A stretch of 64,000 bases of DNA from Candidatus Binatia bacterium (GTDB lineage: Bacteria; Desulfobacterota; Binatia; Bin18). The stretch covers positions 96,001 to 160,000 of the forward strand of contig CAXXHG010000032.1 in the NCBI GenBank assembly GCA_963666315.2. The letters run 5' to 3'. The notes below the pieces were generated by a model that worked only from the letters and a program-made list of their open reading frames with translations, had not been told where the DNA came from and ran no database searches. Position 1 is the first letter of the stretch. Every line of letters starts with the position of its first letter. Shown one piece after another: positions 41,082-50,007 of this stretch. Position numbers and translations under genes: made by a program.

Positions 41082-42683
41082 ATGGCCACACTCCGAAAAT
41101 ATAGTATTCTTTTTTTGCTTCTCTTGAGTCCGGTGCTGTTGCCGGCAGTTTCGTGGGGCATCATTAATGTCACGGATGATTTGGAGCTCGAAGGGTTTGT
41201 GAAAACCCAGAACACCCTGCGCACGCCCATGTTCCGGGACGCCGAGTTCATCATGCAGCGCAATACGGCTCAGCTCGAAGGCAAGTATTATTTCTTGCGC
41301 GACAGTCTCGCCTTTGACTGGTTTGCGACCGGTCCGCTGGAAGAGGCCACCCTCACCCTCATCGGCCGGGGCGTGTACGACTCGATTTACGACATTCGGG
41401 ACACCTATAGTCAGGCGTTTAGCCCGGACGAGAAACTCAACCGCAAGTTCGAGTATAAACTGCGCGAGGCCTTCGTGGATCTGGTGCTGCCCCCGTTTAC
41501 GATCCGGCTGGGTCGTCAACAAGTCGTATGGGGCGAAACCGATAATTTTCGCGCGCTCGACGTGATTAACCCCCTAGACCTGCGTTGGCACTGGAGTTGG
41601 GAACCGTGGGAGGATATTCGCATCCCGCTGTGGATGGCGCGGGCTATTTACGACATCGGCAAGATTGGGCCGTTGGAAGAATCCTTTATCGAGGGCATCT
41701 GGATACCGTGGGATTTCCAGCCGAACAAGATTACGGCTGACCCGCGCCGCCCGTGGGCGTTTACGGGGGATGGCTTGGCTACGGGCGCCAACTCGGCCAT
41801 CATCGGCGGTCAGCTCTTTGACCTGGACCTCACCGTGCGAGACGGCAAACCGAGTAAAAAGCTGAAAAACGGCCAGGCGGGAGTGCGTTTTAAGGCGGTC
41901 TGGGGCGGCATTGATTTTAGCCTGAACTATTTCTATGGGTTTTCGGCCGACACCGGGGCCAAGGTGCGTACAGATCTTGCACGGCTCAACGGGAACACCC
42001 TGCACGCGGTGGTCGACACCGGCAACCCGCGCTCACACGTCGTGGGTCTAGCAGCCAATTATTCTGAAGAACGCTACACCCAGTCCGTCTACCGGCTAGA
42101 GACCACCTTTACCACCGGGGTGCCGGTGACCATTGCGCCAGGGGCATCACTGCGGATCGATCCGGACCAGAATCAGTTTGCTACGGCTCGCCGGTCGGTG
42201 GTGATGCTGGCCATAGACCGGCCGACCTGGATCCGCCCGCTGAACAATTTGCGGACATTCTTTATTTCTACTCAGTTTTTCTGGCGACGGTATTTGGATT
42301 ATAGCCGCCTGTATCGCGGCATCCCATCCGTGCGGCGCGCCAGCGTGGGCGGCGCGGTGGTGCCGGGGCGGTTTGTGAGTCTGAATGCCGACAAACTCGA
42401 TCAGAACGAGTTTGTCATCACCTTTGCCGCTTCAACCAGCTATGGCCCGGCCGGGCGGTGGCAGCCGCTGTTCGTGTTCGCGTTGGATCCCCTGTCGACG
42501 GGGGCGTATAACAAGCTCCAGATGGATTATTTGTGGTCGAATTACATTATTTTCCGGCTGGAGCAAAATTTCTTTTGGCGGGTGAGCGGCCATGACCCTG
42601 GGCCGTGGGCGCTGGGGGATTCCTGGGGCCGGCCCGGTGCGAGTCGGCATGAAACGGTCGCGACTATGATCTTTCAGTTTTGA
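41082..42683 (+). CDS. DUF1302 family outer-membrane protein
   Basis: LREAFVD, RLGRQQVVWGETDNFRALDVINPLD, C-terminal FQF. Confidence 0.82.
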   Translation: MATLRKYSILFLLLLSPVLLPAVSWGIINVTDDLELEGFVKTQNTLRTPMFRDAEFIMQRNTAQLEGKYYFLRDSLAFDWFATGPLEEATLTLIGRGVYDSIYDIRDTYSQAFSPDEKLNRKFEYKLREAFVDLVLPPFTIRLGRQQVVWGETDNFRALDVINPLDLRWHWSWEPWEDIRIPLWMARAIYDIGKIGPLEESFIEGIWIPWDFQPNKITADPRRPWAFTGDGLATGANSAIIGGQLFDLDLTVRDGKPSKKLKNGQAGVRFKAVWGGIDFSLNYFYGFSADTGAKVRTDLARLNGNTLHAVVDTGNPRSHVVGLAANYSEERYTQSVYRLETTFTTGVPVTIAPGASLRIDPDQNQFATARRSVVMLAIDRPTWIRPLNNLRTFFISTQFFWRRYLDYSRLYRGIPSVRRASVGGAVVPGRFVSLNADKLDQNEFVITFAASTSYGPAGRWQPLFVFALDPLSTGAYNKLQMDYLWSNYIIFRLEQNFFWRVSGHDPGPWALGDSWGRPGASRHETVATMIFQF

Positions 42684-43255
42684 ACTTTTGAACTTTTGAA
42701 CTTGCCTGCACCGCTAGGCCTTTTGCTGAGCCGCTTTTTGGATGTGGTATCAGTCCCGAGACTCCCGATAGCAGCGTCGTTTATGGTGAGGGGTCCGCTC
42801 CGGAAAAAGGCCAGCCCATTATGGATTTCCTCAGGTGAGAGTTTGGCGAGTAAGGGGCGTATATAATCTCGCCCTTGCGCGACCATAATGGTTAAAAAGC
42901 GTTCTCCTTTCGCCGTCAGCGTGACCACCTTCTCCCGCGCCGAGTAGGGATCTTCGGTCAAACGAACCAGACTCAAGGGCGGACGATCCATCGCGCGCAG
43001 TGCTCGCGTAATCGGCGGACCGCTAATTTCAAACCAGGTCGCGATCAACCGTTGGATGTCTTTGCGCCGTATCTGGCGCCCCTCGATGCCCTCCGCGCGA
43101 ATCAGCCATAACATCGCCACCTGCTTGCGGTTAAGCTGCCCATTGCCGAGGACCTCTTCCAGCACCTTCCCCACCCGGTAGTGGACCGGATAGAAGTACT
43201 CCAAGAACTCAGCCGCCAGATCTATCTTCTCCTTGACACGTGCTCTGCGCGCCAT
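42674..43255 (-). CDS. MarR-like winged-helix regulator
   Basis: ITRALRAM..LV..EDPYSAREKVVTLTAKGE. Confidence 0.8.
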   Translation of the reverse strand: MARRARVKEKIDLAAEFLEYFYPVHYRVGKVLEEVLGNGQLNRKQVAMLWLIRAEGIEGRQIRRKDIQRLIATWFEISGPPITRALRAMDRPPLSLVRLTEDPYSAREKVVTLTAKGERFLTIMVAQGRDYIRPLLAKLSPEEIHNGLAFFRSGPLTINDAAIGSLGTDTTSKKRLSKRPSGAGKFKSSKVQN

Positions 43256-43327
43256 TTCTACTCCTGCGTTGCCATGCTATGAGGAAGAGTTTCTCACTGA
43301 AATAGAGTCATGCATAGTAGAGTTATA

Positions 43328-43372
43328 TTGACAGTGCAAAAAATATATGCTTTTTATTGCATATCGCAATAA
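43328..43372. promoter_or_regulatory. AT-rich divergent promoter region with palindrome (candidate MarR operator)
   Basis: TTGACA at 43328; TTATTGC-N5-GCAATAA at 43354-43372. Confidence 0.55.
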
Positions 43373-43407
43373 TTTCACTCTGCATATTATTCATACGGAA
43401 ACAAATA

Positions 43408-43500
43408 ATGGAATATAACCCTTTTGACCCGGCGGTCAAAGAAAACCCCTATTTGGCGCCTTGCGCGGCCTGAAAACCCTGCCGCTTATTGTCTCATGGA
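43408..43500 (+). pseudogene. Deletion scar of a cytochrome P450 gene (first ~15 and last ~15 codons joined)
   Basis: MEYNPFDPAVKENPY directly followed, in another frame, by FGALRGLKTLPL. Confidence 0.6.
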
Positions 43501-43566
43501 TGACACGCGCACCTTTGTCAGGCCATTCATCCAGCTCATGCGCAGTGAAGAAAGGAGCCGATCTTG

Positions 43567-44973
43567 ATGCAGCCCAACAGTCGTACGTGGGCCAGCCTGT
43601 TTCTTGTTACGTGTTTCACCTTGGCTGTCCAGGCGTGGGCCGGCCCGCAGATTTCCGCGCTAGACTCTCCGGACCGGATTCAATTTTCGTCCTTTGCGTC
43701 AGCGCTGGCCATAGTCGGGGATATCGATGGGGACCAGATCCCGGATTATGTGGTGGGTGCGTATAACCAACCCTCGGGCGGGCATGAGCACCAGGGCCGG
43801 GCCTTTGTCTTCAGCGGGAGGACGAGCAAGCTCCTCCTCACGCTGGATAACCCGTTCCCTCAGCCCAACGCGGCCTTCGGCTTTTCCGTCGCCGCTGCCG
43901 GCGATGTCAATCAGGATGGCGTTCCAGACTTGCTGGTTGGCGCCTTTGGACAGGGCGAGGCGGGGAGCGCGTTGGCGCTCCTCGTAGGCTGGAGCCACGG
44001 GCAACGCGACTTGCAGAATGTCACAAAACAGGTCAGCAGTGGCCAGGCGTTTGTCTTTAGCGGTAAAGACGGCCGGCATTTATACGCCTTGGAGGCTCCT
44101 CGCCAGCATGCCGGCGCCGGTTTTGGATGGTCGGTCGCCTCGCTAGGCGATGTGACCGCGGACGGCATTCCTGAACTTGTGGTTGGTGCCCAAGGCCAAG
44201 ACGATGCAGGGCGCGCTTTTGTCTTCGATGGCCACGACGGCCGGTTACTCCTGACGCTAGCCCCGCCAGCCGATACTGAGCGGGCGGGTTTCGGCTGGTC
44301 GGTTGCCAATGCGGGGGATATCGACCAAGACGGACTCACCGACATTTTGGTTGGAGCACCGTATAGTACAATCGATGGGCGTTCCGTGCAGGGACGAGCG
44401 TATGTGTTCAGCGCGAAAGACGGCACCGTTCTTCTGACCCTGGATGATCCACAGCCCCAGGCGGGTGCCTCGTTCGGCTGGTGTGTGCGTCCTGCGGGAG
44501 ACCTGAACAAAGATAATATCCCGGACATCCTGGTTGGAGCACCCTACCAGGATGTCGGCGCGAATGCCGCCCAAGGCGCAGCGTTTGCCTATAGCGGCAA
44601 GGACGGGGCAGTCTTATTGACGTTGCACGATCCCGTGTCACGTCCCCAGGCCGGCTTTGGCTGGTATCTGGCTGCGAGTGAAGATGTGAACACCGATGGG
44701 ATACCGGAGATCCTGGTTGGTGCTCCTTTCCAGAGTGTGGATGAGTTTCACGTCCAGGGCGAAGTCTTTCTCTACAACGGGCGAGATGGCCGCCACTTGA
44801 TCACGTTTGATAATCCCTACCCACACCAAGGGTCGATGTTTGGCTACACGCTCGCCTCACCCGGAGACACGAACGGCGATAACATCCCTGAGTTTGTATT
44901 TGGCACGCCGGGGCAACATCTGAGGGATACCGTGGCCGCCGGACGGGTGTTTACCTTTGTCTCTGCGCGCTAG
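43567..44973 (+). CDS. Secreted FG-GAP / integrin-alpha beta-propeller protein
   Basis: Signal peptide and about seven FG.SVA..GD.N.DG.PD.LVGAP repeats. Confidence 0.9.
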   Translation: MQPNSRTWASLFLVTCFTLAVQAWAGPQISALDSPDRIQFSSFASALAIVGDIDGDQIPDYVVGAYNQPSGGHEHQGRAFVFSGRTSKLLLTLDNPFPQPNAAFGFSVAAAGDVNQDGVPDLLVGAFGQGEAGSALALLVGWSHGQRDLQNVTKQVSSGQAFVFSGKDGRHLYALEAPRQHAGAGFGWSVASLGDVTADGIPELVVGAQGQDDAGRAFVFDGHDGRLLLTLAPPADTERAGFGWSVANAGDIDQDGLTDILVGAPYSTIDGRSVQGRAYVFSAKDGTVLLTLDDPQPQAGASFGWCVRPAGDLNKDNIPDILVGAPYQDVGANAAQGAAFAYSGKDGAVLLTLHDPVSRPQAGFGWYLAASEDVNTDGIPEILVGAPFQSVDEFHVQGEVFLYNGRDGRHLITFDNPYPHQGSMFGYTLASPGDTNGDNIPEFVFGTPGQHLRDTVAAGRVFTFVSAR

Positions 44974-45054
44974 CCTACGCAAACCCGACCGCTGTCTGTG
45001 TGACCGGAGTAACCGGGTACAAGCATATCTCAATCCCTGAGCAGGAGGTGCCGT

Positions 45055-45717
45055 ATGCCGTTCAACAAAGTGTGTGCGGATCGTTTGTACCAGAAGACGG
45101 GAAGCCCAAACGAAAAGAGATGACGCCGCGTCCAGCAGCTAGCGGATGACATTTTCGCTGACCTGTTTGCTTCCCGTGCTTGTCGAAAACAGAACGCGCC
45201 GGAACGGACGGTGGCTGCGACACGACCGCCATCCTCCGTACTCAAAAAGGTCTCGTTTGTCTTGATACTGATGAGTTGCTTCGTCACGGCATATGCGGAA
45301 AAGCCGATGGGGCCGAAAGAAGAGCAGGCCATTAAGCTGGTACAAGGGCATACGCTGGGGCAGGGATATTTCAGCGTCGTCTCCAATGTCGCGCAAAAGG
45401 CGCAAGACGCACGGCTGGCCGGCAATGCCTGATCGCGACAATCATGGCAGGCGGGTCTGCCCTCCCAGACCGACTGTCTTCTGAATACGCTCAGTCAATT
45501 TTTCAATGTGTTTGAAGCGCCGGGGCGTCGCTGGGTGCGGCTGACCTACACGGATAACAACGGCGCCCACGAAGCGGTGTGGAACGTAGATATTTATAGC
45601 AAGCAGGTCAACCCTCGCGACACGCCTGCCCAAGAGCTGATATTGCCGCCCAACACCGGAAGAGCCGTATTGCCGGACGACCTGACTGGACTGGGGACGT
45701 TTGCTGGGGGCAACTAG
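45055..45717 (+). pseudogene. Hypothetical membrane/exported protein with two in-frame TGA codons (45121, 45430)
   Basis: AGGAGG RBS, ATG 45055; a single frame runs to TAG 45717 through two TGA; the ORF-track pieces at 45211 and 45508 share this frame. Confidence 0.55.
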
Positions 45718-45792
45718 GAGAAAACAGAACCATGTCTGCGTACTCAGCCATAGGCAAAGAGGCTGGGTCAGCATCAAGAATGCTCACCCGAT

Positions 45793-47019
45793 CTACGATC
45801 CGGGGGCACGCAGAAGTTTGATCCGCTGTCTCACTTCCGTCGCAAAGGACGCGTCGGGGGCGAGCTGAACTGCACGCTCGTACGCACTGAGCGCCTGGGT
45901 CTTTTTCCCCAGCTGCTCTAATGCCTCACCTAGGTTTGCATGAGTGTAGGCATAGTCCGGATCTAACTGAACGGCGGATTGCCACTCCTCGGCGGCCTGC
46001 TGTACATCGCCCGTGGAGGCCAAGATGTGTCCCAGTTGATCATGGATATACGCCGAGGTAGGGACAAGCTGGATCGCTTTGCGGTAGGCGGCAATGGCCT
46101 CCTGGGTATCCCCCTTATTCGCCAGTGCTCGGGCAAGATGGACGTACGCCATGGCATTATCCGGGTCGAGACGTAGCGACGTCTGGAGCGTGCTCACCGC
46201 GCGTAGATGCTCTCCGCTATCTCCCAGGGCCAAGCCCATGAGATGATGCGCCTTGGCATTGGCCGGCGACAAGCGAACGGTTTCGCTCCACTCGGCGATC
46301 GCCTTATCTAATTCCCCCCTGTCATAGAACACTTGTCCTTGCTCAAGATGAGCGAGTGCCAGCGAGGATAAAGTCCGCCCAGACTGAGAGTCCGCCTGAC
46401 GGGGTGTCAGCGGAGCTGGTGGTGTCTTCTGCGTGACAGGGCGAGGCGGCGGCGGCGTTTTTGGAAAGGATGTCAGAGGCGCTGCTGGGAGTGCTTCGGG
46501 CGCGCGCGGGAGGGCCGCCTTACGGATGGGGGGAGACGTTGTCCCCTTTTTTGGGTGTGAAAAGAGGATCTGGGTAAAAGCCTCATTAAGTCTGTTGTTT
46601 TTCTGAGTAAACACAATAGCGACGAGGGTCTGGCGCTGTTCGACGACAAAGGGCGGGATTTTGGATCCTTTCAGATCAAGGACGAGACGGAGATGATGTG
46701 GGTGCGCACCGAGGCGGACTTGCGTGAGCAGGGCGTCTTCTGCCGGGTAGGTTCCGGACGGCATGGCCTGGACAGGGCCGTTTACATCAACGACCAGTCG
46801 CGACGGCGACGACAATGCAAAGGAGTGAATCGAGTCGGGCGGACGCGAAAAACGAAAGAGTACGGACCTGCGCTTCCCTTCAACAGAAAGTTGGATCTTG
46901 TCCAGCTGCAGAACGTCAGACTGGAGAGGTGGCTGGGAAAAGGCAGGCACAGACCTCACCACTATCCAGATAGCCACCCAGATGGCCGCAGCAATCACGC
47001 ACAGCCCTGTTCTAGTCAT
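45793..47019 (-). CDS. AMIN domain + Pro-rich linker + TPR repeat protein (paralog 3)
   Basis: Signal peptide ..PAFSQPP, FALSSPSRLVVDV..VRLGAHPHHLRLVLDL, ~5 TPRs. Confidence 0.82.
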   Translation of the reverse strand: MTRTGLCVIAAAIWVAIWIVVRSVPAFSQPPLQSDVLQLDKIQLSVEGKRRSVLFRFSRPPDSIHSFALSSPSRLVVDVNGPVQAMPSGTYPAEDALLTQVRLGAHPHHLRLVLDLKGSKIPPFVVEQRQTLVAIVFTQKNNRLNEAFTQILFSHPKKGTTSPPIRKAALPRAPEALPAAPLTSFPKTPPPPRPVTQKTPPAPLTPRQADSQSGRTLSSLALAHLEQGQVFYDRGELDKAIAEWSETVRLSPANAKAHHLMGLALGDSGEHLRAVSTLQTSLRLDPDNAMAYVHLARALANKGDTQEAIAAYRKAIQLVPTSAYIHDQLGHILASTGDVQQAAEEWQSAVQLDPDYAYTHANLGEALEQLGKKTQALSAYERAVQLAPDASFATEVRQRIKLLRAPGS

Positions 47020-47045
47020 TGCTCTCTGTCCTCTCCTTATCGGTT

Positions 47046-48261
47046 TTAATCCGCTACGGCTGGCGCTTTCTCAGCTGGCTCTTGCTGAACAGTTTGTCCG
47101 GACTGCAGCAGCAGGTCAGCGTTACGGGTGAGGTAATAACAGGCTACTGTACACACAACGCACAGCAGCCCCGCAGCGTAGAACACGCTTTCCAAATTAT
47201 AATAATCGGCCACCATCCCAAAAATAGGTGGGGCAATAGTCATCCCGAAGCTATGGACGGTGAGAAGCGCGCTCATTACCGTCCCCATGCCCGATCCGGG
47301 CGTGTGCTCCATAGCCAGTGCCATATGGGCCGGGTAGGCCAGTCCAAACCCAGCGCCGACTAAGGCGTTGAGGACGAGTAAATGCCCGAACGTCGATGCC
47401 AATGGGAAGCCGGCTAAGGAAACGGCGCTGAGCAAGCCGCCGCTGCCGATTAAGATGGCCTTATTCATACGATCGGCAAGACGACCACACGGCGCCTGCA
47501 GGAGAGCGCTTATGAGTACGTTTAAAGAAATCAACAAACCCACTTGCGAGGTTTTTAACGGCAGAAGAGAAGCCGACAGCAGGGGGACAAAGATCCAAAT
47601 GAGGGTGCTGGATAACGCGTAGCCGACACGAAAGAGGGCGACCCCGAGTATGGGCCGGGAGGACAGAATCTCGCGCCAAGAGGCTGCGTCTTTTTTCTGA
47701 GTAGCCTGCGGTTTCTGCACTTCGGGCAGGAAAAAGAATAATAACAGCAGAGACAGAAGGCTCAGGATGCCTAAAAGGATAAAGCTCGCCTGCATACTGA
47801 ACAGATCTTTGATCACCCCACCTAAGACCGGCCCTGCAGCGACTCCGCCGAGAAAAGCCGTGTTGACATAGCCGGCATAGGCGCCCTCTTTTCCTTTCGG
47901 TGTCAGGTCCGCCCACATACGCCATAGAAACCGGCTGGACCATGGCTGTGGCCACTCCTTGGAGGGCCATGACCAAGATAAGCGCCAGGAGGCTGTTGGC
48001 GAGCAGGTAGGCGACGGAGGTCAGGGCATACAAGAACAGTCCCCACAGCAAGAACGCCTTGCGGCCACGACGGTCTGAGGCTCGGCCAATGAGGGGCAGC
48101 AGAAAGGTTCGGGAAGCCGAGTGCGCCCCAAACAGGATGCCGACCGCAACCCCGCTGGCGCCAAACTCCTGGGCATAGATCGGGATGAAGGGAATCACGA
48201 CGCCGTTGCCCAACATAGTGGCGAAAAGAGCGAGGGAAAGGACCAAGAGCGCACGATTCAT
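47046..48261 (-). pseudogene. MFS transporter (TetA/DHA1-like), frameshifted near 47910
   Basis: GRASDRRGRK motif; ..SMAYVG then DLTPKGKEG.. in adjacent frame (one extra G). Confidence 0.82.
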
Positions 48262-48362
48262 AGACAAGCTATTATACGGCCTCTCCCTGAGAGTTGCACA
48301 TGGATAGTTGCACATGCGCGTCATGCCTCAACTGTCTCAACCGTTTCAACTGGCTCAACAGA

Positions 48363-48409
48363 GCCAGTCTTAAGCAAGGCTGAAGCCTGTCCTGAGCCAA
48401 GTCGAAGGG
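48363..48409. repeat. Two degenerate copies of the CCTGAGC..GTCGAAG repeat arm
   Basis: CCAGTCTTAAGCAAGGCTGAAG CCTGTCCTGAGCCAAGTCGAAGGG, preceded by 9-bp CTCAAC tandem units. Confidence 0.5.
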
Positions 48410-48478
48410 GGGGCGGGCGAGGAGACGATGATAAGTCCAGTAAGAGCGCCTTAGTCTACTCTCGAAGTACGACTTTTC

Positions 48479-49942
48479 TCAGGCATGAACCGACGGCCAC
48501 TTGTCTGCCCAAGGCTGCGCGTGTTCGAGTTGAGCAGCAACCCGGAACAGTACATCTTCACGGCCGTATGCAGCCACGAGTTGAATGCCGATCGGCAGTC
48601 CCTCGCTGTTCCAGTACAGCGGCAGCGATATGGCGGGCTGGCCTGTCACATTAAACGGCACGGCAAAGGGCATCAGGGGTGCTGAGCGTCGTGCCGCCCC
48701 AAGGGGATTGTCCGGTGTAGACACGAACTCTCCCAGCTTTGGTGGTGGCTCGGCTATCGTCGGCGTAAGCAGCAGGTCAAAACCGTCTTTTCCGTCTTCA
48801 GGCTGCCACCAGCTCGCAATTCGGCGCGTATCAGATTGCAGCCACTCAATTGCCTCAATATAGCGCACGGCCGTCCGCGCACGTCCGATTTCCGCCATGG
48901 CCCAGGTGTTGATCTCAACGTCGTCTTGACTGATTTGTTTACCCGTCTGTTCGGACAAGGTATCGAGATGCGAGGCGATCGCGCTCGTCAGAATAGCCCA
49001 GACGTGCCGTCGCAGTTCCTGCTCAGCATCGAGCGCGCTGGGATACGCTGCTTCAAGTCTATGTCCGAGTGCACCGAGAAGTCGGACCGTTTCTTGGACT
49101 GCGGTCACACAATCCGGATGCAGCGGCACGGCCTTGCCTGGAAAGTCGGCAAGAAAGCCTATCCGCAGTCGGCCTGGATCAGCACCGACTTCTTCCAAAA
49201 ACGGTCGGGCCGGGAGAGGAGCAAAATACGGATCGCCAGGCATGGGTCCGGCGATCACATCCAGGATGGCGGCTGTATCACGTACAGAGCGTGTTACCAC
49301 GTGTTCATTGACGAGGCCCTGCCAGATCTCGCCATACTCGGGTCCGAGCGATGCGCGGGCGCGGGTAGACTTGAGTCCGACCAGACCGCACTCACTGGCG
49401 GGAATACGAGTGGAGCCCCCGCCGTCGTTAGCATGTGCCGCCGGAACCATGCCGGAGGCAACTGCGGCTCCTGCGCCTCCGCTCGATCCGCCAGTGGAAT
49501 GATTGGTGTTCCAGGGATTCCGAGTCGGACCATAGGCTTCCGGCTCAGTCGTGGGCATGCTGGCGAACTCGGGCGTATTCGTTTTTCCCAAGAAAATAAA
49601 GCCCGCCGCGCGCAGCTTGGCCGCCATATAGGTGTCTTCTTTTGCCGTCCAGCCGAGGTCTTTGAGAAAACGCGTGCCCTGATGATACGGGTCACCGGCC
49701 GAGTGGCAGCCAAAATCCTTAAGGAGAAACGGGACACCCTTGAATGGCCCGTCCGCTAAATCAGTGGACTTTGCTTGCGTACGTGCTTTTTCAAACAGCG
49801 GAGTAATAACTGCGTTGAGCTGTGGGTTTACCTGCTCAATGCGTGATATGGCGGCATCGACCAGTTCGAGCGGGGTCGTTTCTCCTGTGTGTACCAGATC
49901 GGCCTGGGCAATCGCATCGAGACGGGCGAGTTCATCGGCCAT
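48479..49942 (-). CDS. Amidase signature family enzyme
   Basis: [33 protein letters not shown]; start ATG 49942 (MADEL). Confidence 0.92.
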   Translation of the reverse strand: MADELARLDAIAQADLVHTGETTPLELVDAAISRIEQVNPQLNAVITPLFEKARTQAKSTDLADGPFKGVPFLLKDFGCHSAGDPYHQGTRFLKDLGWTAKEDTYMAAKLRAAGFIFLGKTNTPEFASMPTTEPEAYGPTRNPWNTNHSTGGSSGGAGAAVASGMVPAAHANDGGGSTRIPASECGLVGLKSTRARASLGPEYGEIWQGLVNEHVVTRSVRDTAAILDVIAGPMPGDPYFAPLPARPFLEEVGADPGRLRIGFLADFPGKAVPLHPDCVTAVQETVRLLGALGHRLEAAYPSALDAEQELRRHVWAILTSAIASHLDTLSEQTGKQISQDDVEINTWAMAEIGRARTAVRYIEAIEWLQSDTRRIASWWQPEDGKDGFDLLLTPTIAEPPPKLGEFVSTPDNPLGAARRSAPLMPFAVPFNVTGQPAISLPLYWNSEGLPIGIQLVAAYGREDVLFRVAAQLEHAQPWADKWPSVHA

Positions 49943-50007
49943 AGTTCTATCCTCTGTAAAGTGAAAGAGATGCTTCCTCGTAACAAACACGAGGTGAAAT
50001 GAGAAGG

